Part shown: positions 33,001-43,152 of the stretch, in pieces
Position numbering within the stretch: the first letter of the stretch is position 1
How the letters are laid out: every line of letters starts with the position of its first letter
Program-made: the position numbers and the translations under genes
Notes under the pieces: model-generated
Told to the model about the DNA's origin: nothing
Seen by the model: the letters and a program-made list of their open reading frames with translations, nothing else
Database searches by the model: none
DNA from: Candidatus Eiseniibacteriota bacterium
GTDB taxonomy: Bacteria > Eisenbacteria > RBG-16-71-46
Direction of reading: 5' to 3'
Assembly (NCBI GenBank): GCA_963744995.1
Contig: CAVUWA010000002.1
Coordinates: 480,001-544,000 of the forward strand
DNA: 64,000 nucleotides

Positions 33001-33694
33001 GCCGGGGCGCCGCGGCTCCGGGCGGCGTCGCGAGGCCGGTGTGGGCGAGCAGGACGACCAGATCGCAGCCCTCGCGCTGGCGCAGCCGCGCCACTTCCCG
33101 GCGCGCGGCGGCCACCGGGTCTTCGAAGCGGAGGCCCTGCCGCTGCGACGCGTCCGTCCAGGCGGCCACCGCCGGCGTGGTGAGTCCGACGACGCCCACC
33201 CTGACGCCGTTCACGACCTTGACCAGCGATGGTGCGAACGCCGGCGCGTCCTTCCCGCTCGCCTGCACGTTGGCGCTGAGCCAGGGGAACGACGCCGCCT
33301 TGCGGGCGCGGGCGATCGCCGCGAGGCCGAAGTCGAACTCGTGGTTGCCGACCGCCATGGCGTCGTAGCCGATCGCGCTCATCGCCGCCATCATCGGCTC
33401 CGGACGCGTGGACGTGCTGTCCATCCGCCACGCGTCGCCGAGCGCGTCGCCCTGCATGGCATCGCCGCCGTCGAGCAGCAGCACTTCGCCCCCGGCGCGG
33501 ATCCGCCTGACCAGCGTCGCCACGCGCGCGAGCCCGCCCGGCGCGGGGCGCTCCTCGAGCAGATCGCGGCCCACCAGCCGGCCGTGCAGATCGGTGGTGA
33601 AGAGCAGGGTGACGCGCGCCTGCTCGGCGCCGTGCGCGGCGACGGGCGGCAGCGCGAGGAGCAGCGCGACGAGGAACAGCCGGATCCGGATCAT
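30098..33694 (-). CDS. Secreted tandem 5'-nucleotidase / 2',3'-cyclic phosphodiesterase (YfkN-like)
   Basis: Two metallophosphoesterase domains (TTDLHG/TTDFHG, DGGD, GNHEFD, GHTH/GHSH), each followed by a 5'-NT C domain; SLH-like linker. Confidence 0.9.
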   Translation of the reverse strand: MIRIRLFLVALLLALPPVAAHGAEQARVTLLFTTDLHGRLVGRDLLEERPAPGGLARVATLVRRIRAGGEVLLLDGGDAMQGDALGDAWRMDSTSTRPEPMMAAMSAIGYDAMAVGNHEFDFGLAAIARARKAASFPWLSANVQASGKDAPAFAPSLVKVVNGVRVGVVGLTTPAVAAWTDASQRQGLRFEDPVAAARREVARLRQREGCDLVVLLAHTGLATPPGAAAPRPGQRPDENWGERLANDVPGVDLLILGHTHERIDSLSIAGVPVAQAGRSGEVLGRADFTMAPGPSRGRWSVAGLTLGAVTVGDSVAADPAIAALAEPYEDEAGRVLGRAIARTDRPIGSPDGRLADGPMWELLQRMQLEASGADVSFTALFRPDLTIAAGPVTLRDLLRAYPYENRLVMLELTGAQVRAALEHAARYFRTYTFAADQALADSGFAGYNFDAADGVSYELDLTKPPGERVTRLTIAGRPLDEARRLKVVMNDYRAGGGGGYSMFEGAKVLWRSTRTARTLLIDHVRAAHELGGGQAVNWRLLPDYVTEPARPLIDRLVRYGKAPAGEVKHLGAREPARRGDLAYWLARAFGWRSEHRSGAFSDVAPALEPWLDGLLERKVLGETAEHQRFEPFGDAGRPLTLDWCENAARAAGYAIGPKGSDAAYVKSLTTGTGAGVGPPAGRRAPEEAAFDRAQLLGIICNTRFPELRMLETTDFHGAVFPGTDRRAGREWGGTVALAALVEKLRAENPEGTVLLDGGDCFQGTMISNLQFGRPVVEQMNALHYAATAIGNHEFDWGVDTLRARIRGMHFAALGANMVEKKTGRVPRWVRADTLVARRGVRIGVLGLCYRHTPTVTLAAHVAPYRFDGDSAAAAEAVPRLRGREGADVVVAVGHVPAESGRNRQAREGDLVRLARGVHGVDAWFGGHSHNFIDDIVDGVPVLIPGAFGRAVAVCDMVVDPLADRVIERRSRLELAYVDELPADSTWVARVARWNEGVAPIANTPLGRCREPLDRSGAETTIGNLITDAMRAASGVDIAMQNPGGMRANLDSGLVTRGEVYAVMPFDNTIVIESLTGAEVKRAIDEALVRGRVTQVSGMRFTFDPDRPPLERVIEVMDANGVPLDPAKSYRVACNNFMATGGDDYATLASGADLTDTNQLIRDAIETWVKQQSAKHGALDVRRDGRIREVQAPVPAGSR

Positions 33695-33884
33695 GGAAGA
33701 CGATGACGCTAGCTCGATCCGTTCACGCATCGCAAGAGCGGAATGCCGCACGCGGCCGCTCCGGGCCCCGGCAGGGTCCGGGTGCGGAGGCTTCACGACC
33801 TGCTGACATCGTGCGCCGGCGCCCCGCCTGCCGCCCGTGGCCCGCAGGTTGCCGCGCGCGCGGAGCTCTCCCTATAGTGCCGCC

Positions 33885-34706
33885 ATGTCCGACGACGCTC
33901 AGACCTCACGCACCTGCCCCGATTGCGGGCACGAGAATCCCGCCGACGCCACGAGCTGCGAGAGCTGCAACTTCCCGCTCGAAGGCGCGCCCGCCGCCGC
34001 GCCGGCCGCGCCCGCCGCGCCCGCCGCGAAGGCCGCGCCCGCCGCGAAGGCGCAGAAGACGAAGGGGAAGCGACCGCCCGCAAAGAAGATCGAGCCGCCC
34101 CCCCGGCTCAGGCGCGCGCGCGAGCGCCGCGCGGTCGGCGATCCCTCGCTCACGCTGTGGCTGGTGGTGGGCGTGCTCGGCGCGATCGTTCTGCTCTACA
34201 TGGCGGTGCAGGGATTCCACAAGAACAACTTCCCGCAGGTGGAGGGGGCCCAGCCCGAGCAGCAGGCCCAGGCCGATCAGCTGCGGGCGATGATCGAGAA
34301 CGATTCGACCAACGTCGCAGCGCGCATCGGCCTCGCCAACCTCCTTTACGACACCGGCAACTGGCCGGAGGCGATCGTCCAGTACCGGGCCGCCCTGCGC
34401 ATGGATTCGACCCGCGTCGAGGCGCTGGTCGATCTCGGCGTCTGCTACTACAACCTCGGCTTCACGGACGAAGCCGCGCACCACTTCCAGCTCGCCCTGT
34501 CCAAGGATCCGCAGCAGACGGTCGCGCTGTTCAACATGGGCATCATCAGCGAGCATCGCGAAGATCCCGCCGCGGCGCTGCAGTTCTACCATCGTGCGCT
34601 GCAGACCAACCCGCCCGAGAACATGAAGCAGCCGATCGTGGAAGCGATCGCGCGCGCGCAGAAGGCGGCGGGCGCCGCGGCGCCCCCGCTGCCCGAAGGC
34701 GGCTGA
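33885..34706 (+). CDS. Zinc-ribbon, TM and TPR protein
   Basis: CPDCG..N.....CESC, one TM segment, about 3 TPR repeats. Confidence 0.8.
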   Translation: MSDDAQTSRTCPDCGHENPADATSCESCNFPLEGAPAAAPAAPAAPAAKAAPAAKAQKTKGKRPPAKKIEPPPRLRRARERRAVGDPSLTLWLVVGVLGAIVLLYMAVQGFHKNNFPQVEGAQPEQQAQADQLRAMIENDSTNVAARIGLANLLYDTGNWPEAIVQYRAALRMDSTRVEALVDLGVCYYNLGFTDEAAHHFQLALSKDPQQTVALFNMGIISEHREDPAAALQFYHRALQTNPPENMKQPIVEAIARAQKAAGAAAPPLPEGG

Positions 34707-34733
34707 TCGGGGGCCGCGCCGCACGCGGCCGGC

Positions 34734-35399
34734 TCATGGCGAGGGAAACAGCCCCATGCGCGCGAGCGCTGCGCGTGTCGCGGGGGCTCCGACGGCGCCG
34801 GATGCGGCGCGGCGGCCGATCCAGCGGGCGAGGTCGGCGGGCGTGTCGATGTCGTCGAGCGTGCCGAGCCGGACGATGCCGACGCCGGCCTCTTCGGCCC
34901 GCGCGAGGGTCTGATCGAGTACGACGGGCGTACTCCAGTCGATGCCGTGGAACAGTGCCGGCGCCGGCCGCCGCAGGCCGATGAGGTAGTAGCCGCCGTC
35001 GCTCGAGGGCCCGAGCACCGCGTCCGCATGGCCCAGCGCGGCAAACGCTTCGCTGATTCTGGCCGCGTGGAGGTCCGGACAGTCGGCGCCCACGATCACC
35101 GCGGTCGCGTCCGGGCGATCGAGCAGACGCTCGAACGCCTCCGTGAGGCGCGCGCCGAGGTCGCCCTGCGCCTGCGCCCGCTCGGCGACGCCGCCCGGGA
35201 GCTCGAACGGCACGGTGCCCTGCTCCTCGGCCCAGAACACGATGCGCTCCTCGGCCGAGGCCCCCACCACCGCGGTGAGCGTGTCTTCCAGCATGCCGGC
35301 GTAGAGGGCGAGCGCCTCCGGCGGCGGCAGCGCGGGCGACAGCCGGGTCTTGACCCGCCCCTCCACGGGTGGCCGCGCGAATACGGCAAGTCGTCGCAT
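34734..35399 (-). CDS. TIGR04282/DUF2064 glycosyltransferase-like protein
   Basis: FAR.P..GRVKTRL, Q..GDLG.RL, GADCP, LGP..DGGYYLIG, DIDT..DL. Confidence 0.88.
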   Translation of the reverse strand: MRRLAVFARPPVEGRVKTRLSPALPPPEALALYAGMLEDTLTAVVGASAEERIVFWAEEQGTVPFELPGGVAERAQAQGDLGARLTEAFERLLDRPDATAVIVGADCPDLHAARISEAFAALGHADAVLGPSSDGGYYLIGLRRPAPALFHGIDWSTPVVLDQTLARAEEAGVGIVRLGTLDDIDTPADLARWIGRRAASGAVGAPATRAALARMGLFPSP

Positions 35400-35735
35400 G
35401 TCCTGAACCTACACCCGGGGGTGGGCCGCGTGCAGGATACGGGCGCGGCGGGGGCGGCTTCGGCACGGGTGACCTTCCCTGCGAGTGCGGCCTGCACCGG
35501 ACCCGGCCGCCGGGCGTCCCTGATGCGCGTCGTGAGGTGTCCCATGGGCGGACCCTTTCGCGTTGCAGTCATGGGAGGACACGATCGTGCTGCGGCCGGA
35601 GCGCGCGGCCGCGGCCGCGGGCTTGCGGTGCGGGAACGCCTGCGGCTAGATTGGTGCGTTCTGACATCTCTCTGACGATCGCGCGCCATGCCGGTCCGGA
35701 GTCTCTTCCGCACCTCTGCCGGGGCCCAATCTCCA

Positions 35736-37160
35736 ATGTCCGATTCCCAGCATTTCCAGCTCATCGTCGTCGGCACCGGCCCCGGCGGCTACGTCTGTGC
35801 CATCCGCGCCGCTCAGCTCGGCCTCCGCACCGCCGTGGTCGAGAAGGACGAGCTGGGCGGCACCTGCCTCAACTGGGGCTGTATTCCGACCAAGGCCTGG
35901 ATCGTCACCGCGCACCTCTACCAGCAGATCCGGCGCGCGAAGGAGTTCGGCATCGACGTGGCCGAGCCGAAGATCAACTGGGGCCAGCTCGTCGCGCGCA
36001 AGAACAAAGTCGTGAAGCAGCTGACCGGCGGCGTCGGTTCGCTGCTCAAAGGCCGCAAGGTCGAGATCTTCCGCGGGGCGGCGAAGCTCACCGCCGCGAA
36101 CCGCATGGTGGTCGAGGGGGAAGGCGGCGCGAAGCAGGAGATCACCGCCGACCACGTGATCCTCGCGACCGGCGCGCAGGCGTCGATCCCGCCCGGCTTT
36201 ACGCTCGACGGCGAGCGCGTGATCACGAGCAAGGAGGCGCTGGACCTCAAGAAGCAGCCGAAGCGTGTCGCGGTGCTCGGCGGCGGCGTGGTCGGCTCCG
36301 AGTTCGCGGGCTTCTTCGCCGCGATCGGCTCCGAGGTCACGCTGATCGAGATGCTGCCGCGGCTGGTGCCCGCGGAGGACGACGAAATCGCCGACGCGCT
36401 GGTCCGCGAGCTGAAGAAGCAGAAGATCTCGCTGCACCTGGACACCAGGGTCGAGGCCATGAAGGACGGCCCGGGCGAGGCGATCACGCTCACGCTCTCG
36501 GGCGGCAAGACCGTCGAGGCGGACTGCGTTCTGATCGCCACCGGCCGGCGGCCCTATTCCGCGGATCTCGGCCTCGATACGCTCGGGGTGGCCGTGGCCG
36601 ACCGTGGCAAGATCGTCGTCAACGACCGGCTCGAGACCAGCGTGAAGAACGTCTACGCGATCGGAGACGTCACCGACATCAAGCAGCTCGCCCACTTCGC
36701 CTCGGCGCAGGGCAAGGCGGCGGCCGAGATCGTCGCCGGGCACCAGGCGCAGACCAACTGGCGCGCGGTGCCGGCCGCGACCTTCACGAACCCCGAGATC
36801 GCCAGCGTCGGCCTCACCGAGCGCGAGGCGAAGGCCGAGGGCCGCGAGGTCAAGGTGGGACGCTTCCCGTTTCGGGCGCACGGCCGCAACATCGCCGAGA
36901 GCGAAATCGCCGGATTCGTGAAGCTGGTCGGCGACGCCGGCACCGATCAGGTGCTGGGCGCGCACATCATCGGCGTGCGGGCCAGCGAGCTGATCCACGA
37001 GTGCTCGCTGGCGATCGCAGCGGACCTCGACATGCACGACCTCGCGCAGGCCATCCACGCCCACCCGACGCTCACCGAGGCGCTGGGCGAGGCAGCCGAA
37101 GATGCCGAGGGACTCGCCATCCATCTGATGCGGCAGGAAGTCAGGGCCGTGGCCCGCTGA
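35736..37160 (+). CDS. lpdA: Dihydrolipoyl dehydrogenase
   Basis: G.GPGGY, GGTCLNWGCIPTK, GGGVVG.E, YAIGDV, HAHPTL.E. Confidence 0.95.
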   Translation: MSDSQHFQLIVVGTGPGGYVCAIRAAQLGLRTAVVEKDELGGTCLNWGCIPTKAWIVTAHLYQQIRRAKEFGIDVAEPKINWGQLVARKNKVVKQLTGGVGSLLKGRKVEIFRGAAKLTAANRMVVEGEGGAKQEITADHVILATGAQASIPPGFTLDGERVITSKEALDLKKQPKRVAVLGGGVVGSEFAGFFAAIGSEVTLIEMLPRLVPAEDDEIADALVRELKKQKISLHLDTRVEAMKDGPGEAITLTLSGGKTVEADCVLIATGRRPYSADLGLDTLGVAVADRGKIVVNDRLETSVKNVYAIGDVTDIKQLAHFASAQGKAAAEIVAGHQAQTNWRAVPAATFTNPEIASVGLTEREAKAEGREVKVGRFPFRAHGRNIAESEIAGFVKLVGDAGTDQVLGAHIIGVRASELIHECSLAIAADLDMHDLAQAIHAHPTLTEALGEAAEDAEGLAIHLMRQEVRAVAR

Positions 37161-37191
37161 TCGAAGGCCGGCCATTCCGACGGGAGATCTC

Positions 37192-37944
37192 ATGCGCCTC
37201 GTCGTCAAAGCGGCGACTGATCGTGGCCGGCGGCGCGAGCACAACGAAGACTGCCATGCCACCTGGGTTCCGGATCCGGCCTCGCCCGGCGCGCGTTTCG
37301 GCGCCCTGATGATGGTGGCGGACGGCATGGGCGGGTCGCAGGCGGGCGAGGTGGCGAGCCGCATCACCACCGACACCGTGGTGCGCGAGTACCGCAACGA
37401 GTCGTGCACGGACCCGACCGAGGCGCTGCACGACGCGATCGAGGCGGCCAACGAGGCCGTGCATCGCGAGAGCCTGGAAAAGCCCGACCGCGGCGGCATG
37501 GGCACGACCTGCACGGCCGCGGTGGTCCGCGACCGCGAGCTCTATCTGGGTCACGTCGGCGACAGCCGGGCCTACCTGCTGCACGAAGGCTCGATCCGCC
37601 AACTGACCCAGGACCATTCGCTGGTCGCGCAGCTGGTCCGCGAACAGCAGCTCACCGAGGAACAGGCGCGCATCGACCCGCGCCGCAACGTGGTGACGCG
37701 CAGCGTCGGCGTGGGCCGGGAAGTGCAGGTGGACGCGTGGCGCCATGACGCGCCGCTCGAACCCGGCGACACGATCGTTCTCTGCACCGACGGCCTGCAC
37801 GGCGTCGTCGTGAACAGCGAGATCGCGGAGTTCGCGTCCGGACCGGATCTGGACGCGGCCTGCAAGGGCCTCATCGCGCTCGCCAACGAGCGCGGCGGCC
37901 CCGACAACATCACGGTGATCATCGCGCGGCTGGAAGACGGCTGA
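37192..37944 (+). CDS. PP2C family Ser/Thr phosphatase (Stp1/PrpC-like)
   Basis: NED, VADGMGG, GMGTT, HVGDSRAY, LCTDGL, GG.DNIT. Confidence 0.93.
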   Translation: MRLVVKAATDRGRRREHNEDCHATWVPDPASPGARFGALMMVADGMGGSQAGEVASRITTDTVVREYRNESCTDPTEALHDAIEAANEAVHRESLEKPDRGGMGTTCTAAVVRDRELYLGHVGDSRAYLLHEGSIRQLTQDHSLVAQLVREQQLTEEQARIDPRRNVVTRSVGVGREVQVDAWRHDAPLEPGDTIVLCTDGLHGVVVNSEIAEFASGPDLDAACKGLIALANERGGPDNITVIIARLEDG

Positions 37945-38196
37945 GCGGCCCGCGGGGGTGCCGGGCACGCCGCGTGGCGCCGGGCGCCCCGGCACGATCG
38001 CCGCGACGCCGTACCGTTTCGCTTCCCGAGGGAGGGCCCGACGTCATGCCGTTCGCCCGCCTGCGACCGTCCGCCGGCGCCGTGGCACTCCCTGGCCGCG
38101 GCGTTCCCGCGGGCCCCACCACGGTCGCTCGGCCCTGCAGGCCGCACATCCGGTCGCCGCAGTGATGCGCCGCGTCGCGGCCGGCGTGCGCCGCAC

Positions 38197-38538
38197 ATGA
38201 ACGCAGGCGAGGCCACGGGTGGCGGGCGCCGCCGGCGACCGCCGTTTGCGGGGGTGGTGCTGATCGCGCTCGGCGCGCTGTTCCTCGCCGGGACCCTCGG
38301 CGCGCTCGACGTGGGCGCGCTGATCCGCCGCTGGTGGCCGGCGGTGCTGGTGCTCGTGGGCCTGGAGCGCCTGCTGCTCGAGCCCTCCCATCGCAGCGGC
38401 GGGATCACGCTGATCGCGATCGGCGCGGGGCTGCTGGCGTTCTCGCTCGGCGGCCTGCCGTGGGAGTGGATCGGCCGCCTGTGGCCGCTCGCGCTGATCG
38501 GGGTCGGACTCTGGATCGTGTTTCGCCCCCGGCGTTGA
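38197..38538 (+). CDS. Small membrane protein (LiaF-TM/DUF5668-like)
   Basis: Repeated G..LI..G..FL and WP..LI..G pattern; 4 TM segments. Confidence 0.7.
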   Translation: MNAGEATGGGRRRRPPFAGVVLIALGALFLAGTLGALDVGALIRRWWPAVLVLVGLERLLLEPSHRSGGITLIAIGAGLLAFSLGGLPWEWIGRLWPLALIGVGLWIVFRPRR

Positions 38539-38651
38539 GGGCGCCCGGCGCGAGGGTGCGTTTCGCCGGCGGCGCGCATGCCGCAGCGTGCCGCACGGCC
38601 GCCCGCATTCCCGGCTGGCGGCGCACGAGCGGATCGGGCTAGATTGCCCGC

Positions 38652-39074
38652 ATGTCCGCCGCCGTCGTCGCCCTGTTCCTCGGCAAAGCCAGCCGCGCGC
38701 CGCTCGCGCGCGTCGAGCGCGCCCGTGCGCTCGCCGGCGAAGGACTCGAAGGCGATCGCCACGCACGGGCCGGCAACCGCCGCTCGGTGCTGCTCATGCG
38801 CCTGGAGGATCTCGACGCCTTCGGCCTCGCGCCGGGCGACGTGCGCGAGCAGATCGTGGTGAAGGACCTCGATCTCTACGGCATCGCCGAGGGCACGCGC
38901 CTGAGACTCGGCGACGCGCTGTTCGAAGTGGGCGGTCCGTGCGCGCCGTGTGCGCGCATGGACGAGCTCCAGCCCGGGCTCAGACAGCGGATCGACGGAC
39001 GTCGCGGCCGCTTCGCGCGCGTGATCGAGCCGGGCGAGGTCGCCGTCGGGCAGCCGGCCACGGTCGAACCCTGA
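38652..39074 (+). CDS. MOSC domain protein
   Basis: GLEGDRH, R.V.L, G..L.LG, C.PC.RM, G..ARVI..G.V.VG. Confidence 0.85.
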   Translation: MSAAVVALFLGKASRAPLARVERARALAGEGLEGDRHARAGNRRSVLLMRLEDLDAFGLAPGDVREQIVVKDLDLYGIAEGTRLRLGDALFEVGGPCAPCARMDELQPGLRQRIDGRRGRFARVIEPGEVAVGQPATVEP

Positions 39075-39097
39075 CCTGACCCTGCCGGCGCGGGGGA

Positions 39098-40432
39098 ATG
39101 AACCTGCAGCGCACCATTCTCGGCACGATCGTGTTCGCGGCCCTGGCGGTGATCACCGCGGCGGCCCTGTCGCTGTTCAGCTACGTCACCGTGCGCTCGG
39201 CGCTCTCGAACGAGTTCGACCGCCGGCTCGAGAACGTGGCGTCGGCGATCGCTTCACAGGTGAGCCCGGATGACGTCGCCGACGCGGCGCTGCTCGGCGA
39301 GGACGGCACCGGCTACGCGAACCTGCTGGTGCTGGTCGAGGAGCTGCGCGCGACGACCCGCGTCGCGCACGCATCCGTGCTCGACCGCAACCGGCTGACG
39401 CTCTACGACGATCGCGGCCCCGAGTTCCTGCGCGAGCCGGGCCGTCTCGACTCGCTGGCGCGCGGCGCGATCGACGACGCCCTGGCGGGCGAAGCCGGCA
39501 TCGCCGGCCCGTTCCGCGCCGACGGCGAGGTGCACCATGCGGCCTTCGCGCCGGTCCGCGGCGGCGGCGGCGTGATCGCGGTGGTGGCGGTCGAGGCGGC
39601 GGTGGACTACCTTTCGAGGCTCGCGGGGCTCCGGCGCACGCTGCTGCTGACGACGATCGTGATCGCGCTCGCGATCAGCGCGTTCGCGTTCCTGTTCGTG
39701 CGCGGGACGCTCGCATCGGCGCATCTCGAGCGCCGGCTGTCGCGGGCCGAGAACCTGGCGGCGATGGGCCGGCTCACCGCGACGCTCGCACACGAGATCA
39801 AGAACCCGCTGGCGATCATCCGTGGATCGGCGCAGCGGCTCGGCAAACTGGAACCGGAGGCGGCGCGCATGGCGGCGTTCGTGGTCGAGGAATCGGACCG
39901 GCTGTCGAAGACCGTGGCCCGCTACCTGCGCTTCGCGCAGGAGGCGGAGTCCGCCGCGGCCGCCGGGCCGCGGGCCGGCGGCGCGAGCGGCGACATGCGC
40001 GGCATGCTGGAGCGCACGCTCGACCTGCTCGAAGGCGAGCTCGCCTCGCGCAGGGTGACGCTCGAGCGCGAGCTGCCCGGCGCGGCGCGCGCGCCGGTGC
40101 CGCTCGACGACGAATCCCTGAAGCAGGTGTTCCTGAACCTCATGCTCAACGCCCTCGAGGCGATGCCGGAGGGCGGCACCCTCGGCGTGACGCTCGCCGA
40201 GTCGGGCGGTCGCTGGCGCGCCGCGATCTCCGACACCGGGCCGGGCATCGATCCCGAGGCCGTGCGCCGGCTCGGCAGCCCGTTCTTCACCACCAAGGCG
40301 CAGGGCTCGGGACTCGGTCTGTTCCTGACCCGCCGGCTGCTGGCATCGGCGGGCGGCGAGCTCGCGATCGAGAGCCGCCCGGGTGCGGGCACGACCTGCA
40401 TCGTCTCGCTGCCCGCACGGAAGGGCGGCTGA
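39098..40432 (+). CDS. Sensor histidine kinase
   Basis: Two TM segments, LAHEIKNPL, QVFLNL..NA, DTGPGI, PFFTTK..GSGLGL. Confidence 0.93.
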   Translation: MNLQRTILGTIVFAALAVITAAALSLFSYVTVRSALSNEFDRRLENVASAIASQVSPDDVADAALLGEDGTGYANLLVLVEELRATTRVAHASVLDRNRLTLYDDRGPEFLREPGRLDSLARGAIDDALAGEAGIAGPFRADGEVHHAAFAPVRGGGGVIAVVAVEAAVDYLSRLAGLRRTLLLTTIVIALAISAFAFLFVRGTLASAHLERRLSRAENLAAMGRLTATLAHEIKNPLAIIRGSAQRLGKLEPEAARMAAFVVEESDRLSKTVARYLRFAQEAESAAAAGPRAGGASGDMRGMLERTLDLLEGELASRRVTLERELPGAARAPVPLDDESLKQVFLNLMLNALEAMPEGGTLGVTLAESGGRWRAAISDTGPGIDPEAVRRLGSPFFTTKAQGSGLGLFLTRRLLASAGGELAIESRPGAGTTCIVSLPARKGG

Positions 40433-40433
40433 C

Positions 40434-41840
40434 GTGCGCGTCCTGGTCGTGGACGACGAGGTCCGCAACGCGGAGCTGACGGCACTCGAGCTCGCCGACG
40501 GCGGGCACGACACCGCGTTCGTGAACGGCGGCGCCGCGGCCCTCGCGCGCATGGAAGAGAAGCCGTTCGAAGCCGTGGTGACCGACCTGCGCATGGCGCC
40601 GCCCGACGGTCTCCAGCTGCTGGCCGAGGTCCGCAGGCGCTGGCCGGAGACCACCGTCGTGCTGATGACCGCCTACGCGAGCATGGACACGGCGCGCCGT
40701 GCGCTGCGCGAGGGCGCGTACGACTACGTGGACAAGGAGGGCGAGTTCCGCGAAGAGTTGAAGACGATCCTCGACAAGGCGGCGCGCGAGCGGCAGCTGG
40801 TGGGGGAGAACGCGCGGCTCTCGGGGACGGTCGAACGCCTGAAGCAGGGCGTGGCCGAGGTGATCGGCGAGTCGGCGGCGGTGCGTGCCGCGCTCGATCT
40901 GGCCCGCAAGGTGGCGGTGACCGACTCGACGGTGCTGCTGCGCGGCGAGAGCGGCACCGGCAAGGACCTGTTCGCGCGCGCGATCCACTTCGCCAGCCGC
41001 CGCGCGAACGGGCCCTGGGTCAAGGTCAACTGCGGCGCGATCGCCGAGGCGCTGCTCGAAAGCGAGCTGTTCGGCCACGAAAAGGGCGCGTTCACCGGCG
41101 CCGTGCGGCAGAAGCCCGGACGCTTCGAGGACGCGAGCGGCGGCACGATCTTCCTCGACGAGATCGGCGAGCTGCCGATGCCGCTGCAGGTCAAGCTGCT
41201 GCAGGTGATCGAGGAGAAGACCTTCCACCGCGTGGGCGGCAACCAGCCGATCACGGTGGACGTGCGCATCCTGGCCGCTACGAACCGTGATCTCGAAGAG
41301 ATGGTGCGCGAGAGGGCGTTCCGCGAGGATCTGCTGTTCCGGCTCAACGTGTTTCCGATCGCGCTGCCGCCGCTGCGCGAGCGCACCGGCGACGTCGCGC
41401 GGCTCGCGGGCTGGTTCCTGCGCCGCCACGGCTCGGCCGAAGATCAGATCACGCCCGCCGCGATGGCGGCGCTCACCGCGTACGCGTGGCCGGGCAACGT
41501 CCGCGAGCTCGAGCACACGCTCGAGCGCGCGCTGATCCTCGCCGGCAGCGACCCGATCGACGTGCCGCACCTGTCGTTTTCGCGGCCCGGCCAGAAGGCC
41601 GACCGCTCGTGGGTGCCGCAGATTCCGCCGGAGGGACTGTCGCTGGAGGCGCTCGAGCGCGAGCTGATCGTGCAGGCCCTCGAGCGTGCCGGCGGCAACA
41701 AGAGTCAGGCGGCGCGGCTCCTGGGGCTCACCCGGCGCACGCTGTACTCGCGCATGGAGCGCCACGGGCTGCGGCGGCCGGGGGAGGCCGAGGACGGCGG
41801 GGACGAGACGGCGGCGGAAGCCGGGGAGGCCGCATCGTGA
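40434..41840 (+). CDS. Sigma54-dependent response regulator (AtoC/NtrC family)
   Basis: [33 protein letters not shown] and HTH; GTG start. Confidence 0.95.
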   Translation: MRVLVVDDEVRNAELTALELADGGHDTAFVNGGAAALARMEEKPFEAVVTDLRMAPPDGLQLLAEVRRRWPETTVVLMTAYASMDTARRALREGAYDYVDKEGEFREELKTILDKAARERQLVGENARLSGTVERLKQGVAEVIGESAAVRAALDLARKVAVTDSTVLLRGESGTGKDLFARAIHFASRRANGPWVKVNCGAIAEALLESELFGHEKGAFTGAVRQKPGRFEDASGGTIFLDEIGELPMPLQVKLLQVIEEKTFHRVGGNQPITVDVRILAATNRDLEEMVRERAFREDLLFRLNVFPIALPPLRERTGDVARLAGWFLRRHGSAEDQITPAAMAALTAYAWPGNVRELEHTLERALILAGSDPIDVPHLSFSRPGQKADRSWVPQIPPEGLSLEALERELIVQALERAGGNKSQAARLLGLTRRTLYSRMERHGLRRPGEAEDGGDETAAEAGEAAS

Positions 41841-42505
41841 ACCTGATCCGCGGCTGGCTGTTCGACAACCTGGGCATCAAGTTCGTGGCGCTGCTGCTCG
41901 CGGTGCTGATCTACCTGAACGTGTACACGGACCGCCCGGCGACGATGGTCGTGTCGTTTCCCCTGCAGATCGTGGACCTCGCCGACAGCCTGTCGCTCTC
42001 GGGCCCGGTGCCGGCCGCGATCCAGGCGGAGCTGCGCGGGACCGGCAAGGAGCTCATCCGGCTGCGCCTGCGCGAGCCGATGGTGAAGATCTCGCTGGCC
42101 GACGTGGGCGCCGGCAACTACGAGCGCACCCTGGCCACGGAGGATCTGCCGCTGGGCGGCGACAGCGGGCCCAGCGTGGAACGGCTGATCGGCCCGATGA
42201 TGCTCGACCTCGAAATCGAACGCCGCGTGACGCGCTCGCTGCCCGCCGCGGCGCGCGTCGAGGGCGCCCCGGCGGACGGCTTCACCTGGGACGGCACGGT
42301 GCACCTGGATCCGCCGCGGGTCACGGTGACCGGGCCGAGGAGCGCCGTCGCGAAGCTCGACAGCGTCGTCCTCACGACGGCGTCGATCGCCGGCGCCCGC
42401 GACACGGTGAAGGTGCTGCTGATGCCCGGTGCGCTCCCCGAATGGTGCGACCCCGACCCGGCCATGGTGCGCGTCGCCATCCCGGTGACGCCCGGCGCCC
42501 CCTGA
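41837..42505 (+). CDS. YbbR/CdaR-like membrane-anchored protein
   Basis: N.GIKFVALLLAV.IY anchor and P..VTV.GP.S.V motif; GTGA coupling to the regulator. Confidence 0.7.
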   Translation: MNLIRGWLFDNLGIKFVALLLAVLIYLNVYTDRPATMVVSFPLQIVDLADSLSLSGPVPAAIQAELRGTGKELIRLRLREPMVKISLADVGAGNYERTLATEDLPLGGDSGPSVERLIGPMMLDLEIERRVTRSLPAAARVEGAPADGFTWDGTVHLDPPRVTVTGPRSAVAKLDSVVLTTASIAGARDTVKVLLMPGALPEWCDPDPAMVRVAIPVTPGAP

Positions 42506-42837
42506 CGCGCTCCAGCTCGGCGCCCGGCCTCGGGCCAGCGGATGAGGCGCTTCGAGCTCTCAGGCTCAAAGCGCCTCGTTGGAGAGAGAGAGAATGACCG
42601 GGTGAGCGATCGCGGTGGATGGCAGGCTCGGTGGTAGGACGCGACCGCTTCACCCCGGCCGATCGCGAATGAGCGCAAGCCACGTGCCACCGGGAAGGGC
42701 GAATCGGCCCAGTCGGGACCCTGTATTTTCGGCCATTTGGAGCGCCCCGCAGCCGGCGGGGGAACGTCGGCGGGCGTGCTCCCTGCGAAGCGCATGGCGG
42801 GCGTGCCGGAGTTTGCAAGCCCGCTGCAGCACGGGTC

Positions 42838-42866
42838 TTGACACCTCCCGGGGCCGCGCCTAATCT
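42838..42866 (+). promoter_or_regulatory. sigma70 promoter of rho
   Basis: TTGACA-N17-TAATCT. Confidence 0.7.
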
Positions 42867-43152
42867 GAGTTCGTCGCGTCCAACCGTTCTCCACGCGACC
42901 GGACCGGCCCGGTGTTCCGCCCAGTGATCGCGTCCGGGCAATGCTCCTCCCCAGCGCTTCCGACTTCATCCGCTGCTTTCGCCGCACCCAGCCGTTTTCG
43001 AGGACCCCGGCGGTCTTTCGACGACCGCACACCATCGAGCACCCAGACCTCCAGGCCAGCGGGCTCCATCCCGCGTCCACGGCCCCACCTCTTCGAGGCG
43101 CGCTATCGGCGTGATCGCGAGAGGGTCGCCACCACCTCAAGGGCATACCGTC

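Noticed and set aside
33990..34050. Short GCCCGCCGC repeats (similar ones at about 56500-56680)
   Set aside because: They encode Ala/Pro-rich protein linkers and are not independent DNA repeats
35400..35735. Possible cobalamin riboswitch (GCAGGGAAGG on the minus strand) upstream of the TIGR04282 gene
   Set aside because: Other core elements (GGGAA..GGTG, GCCCCCGC.ACTGT) were not found in the right order
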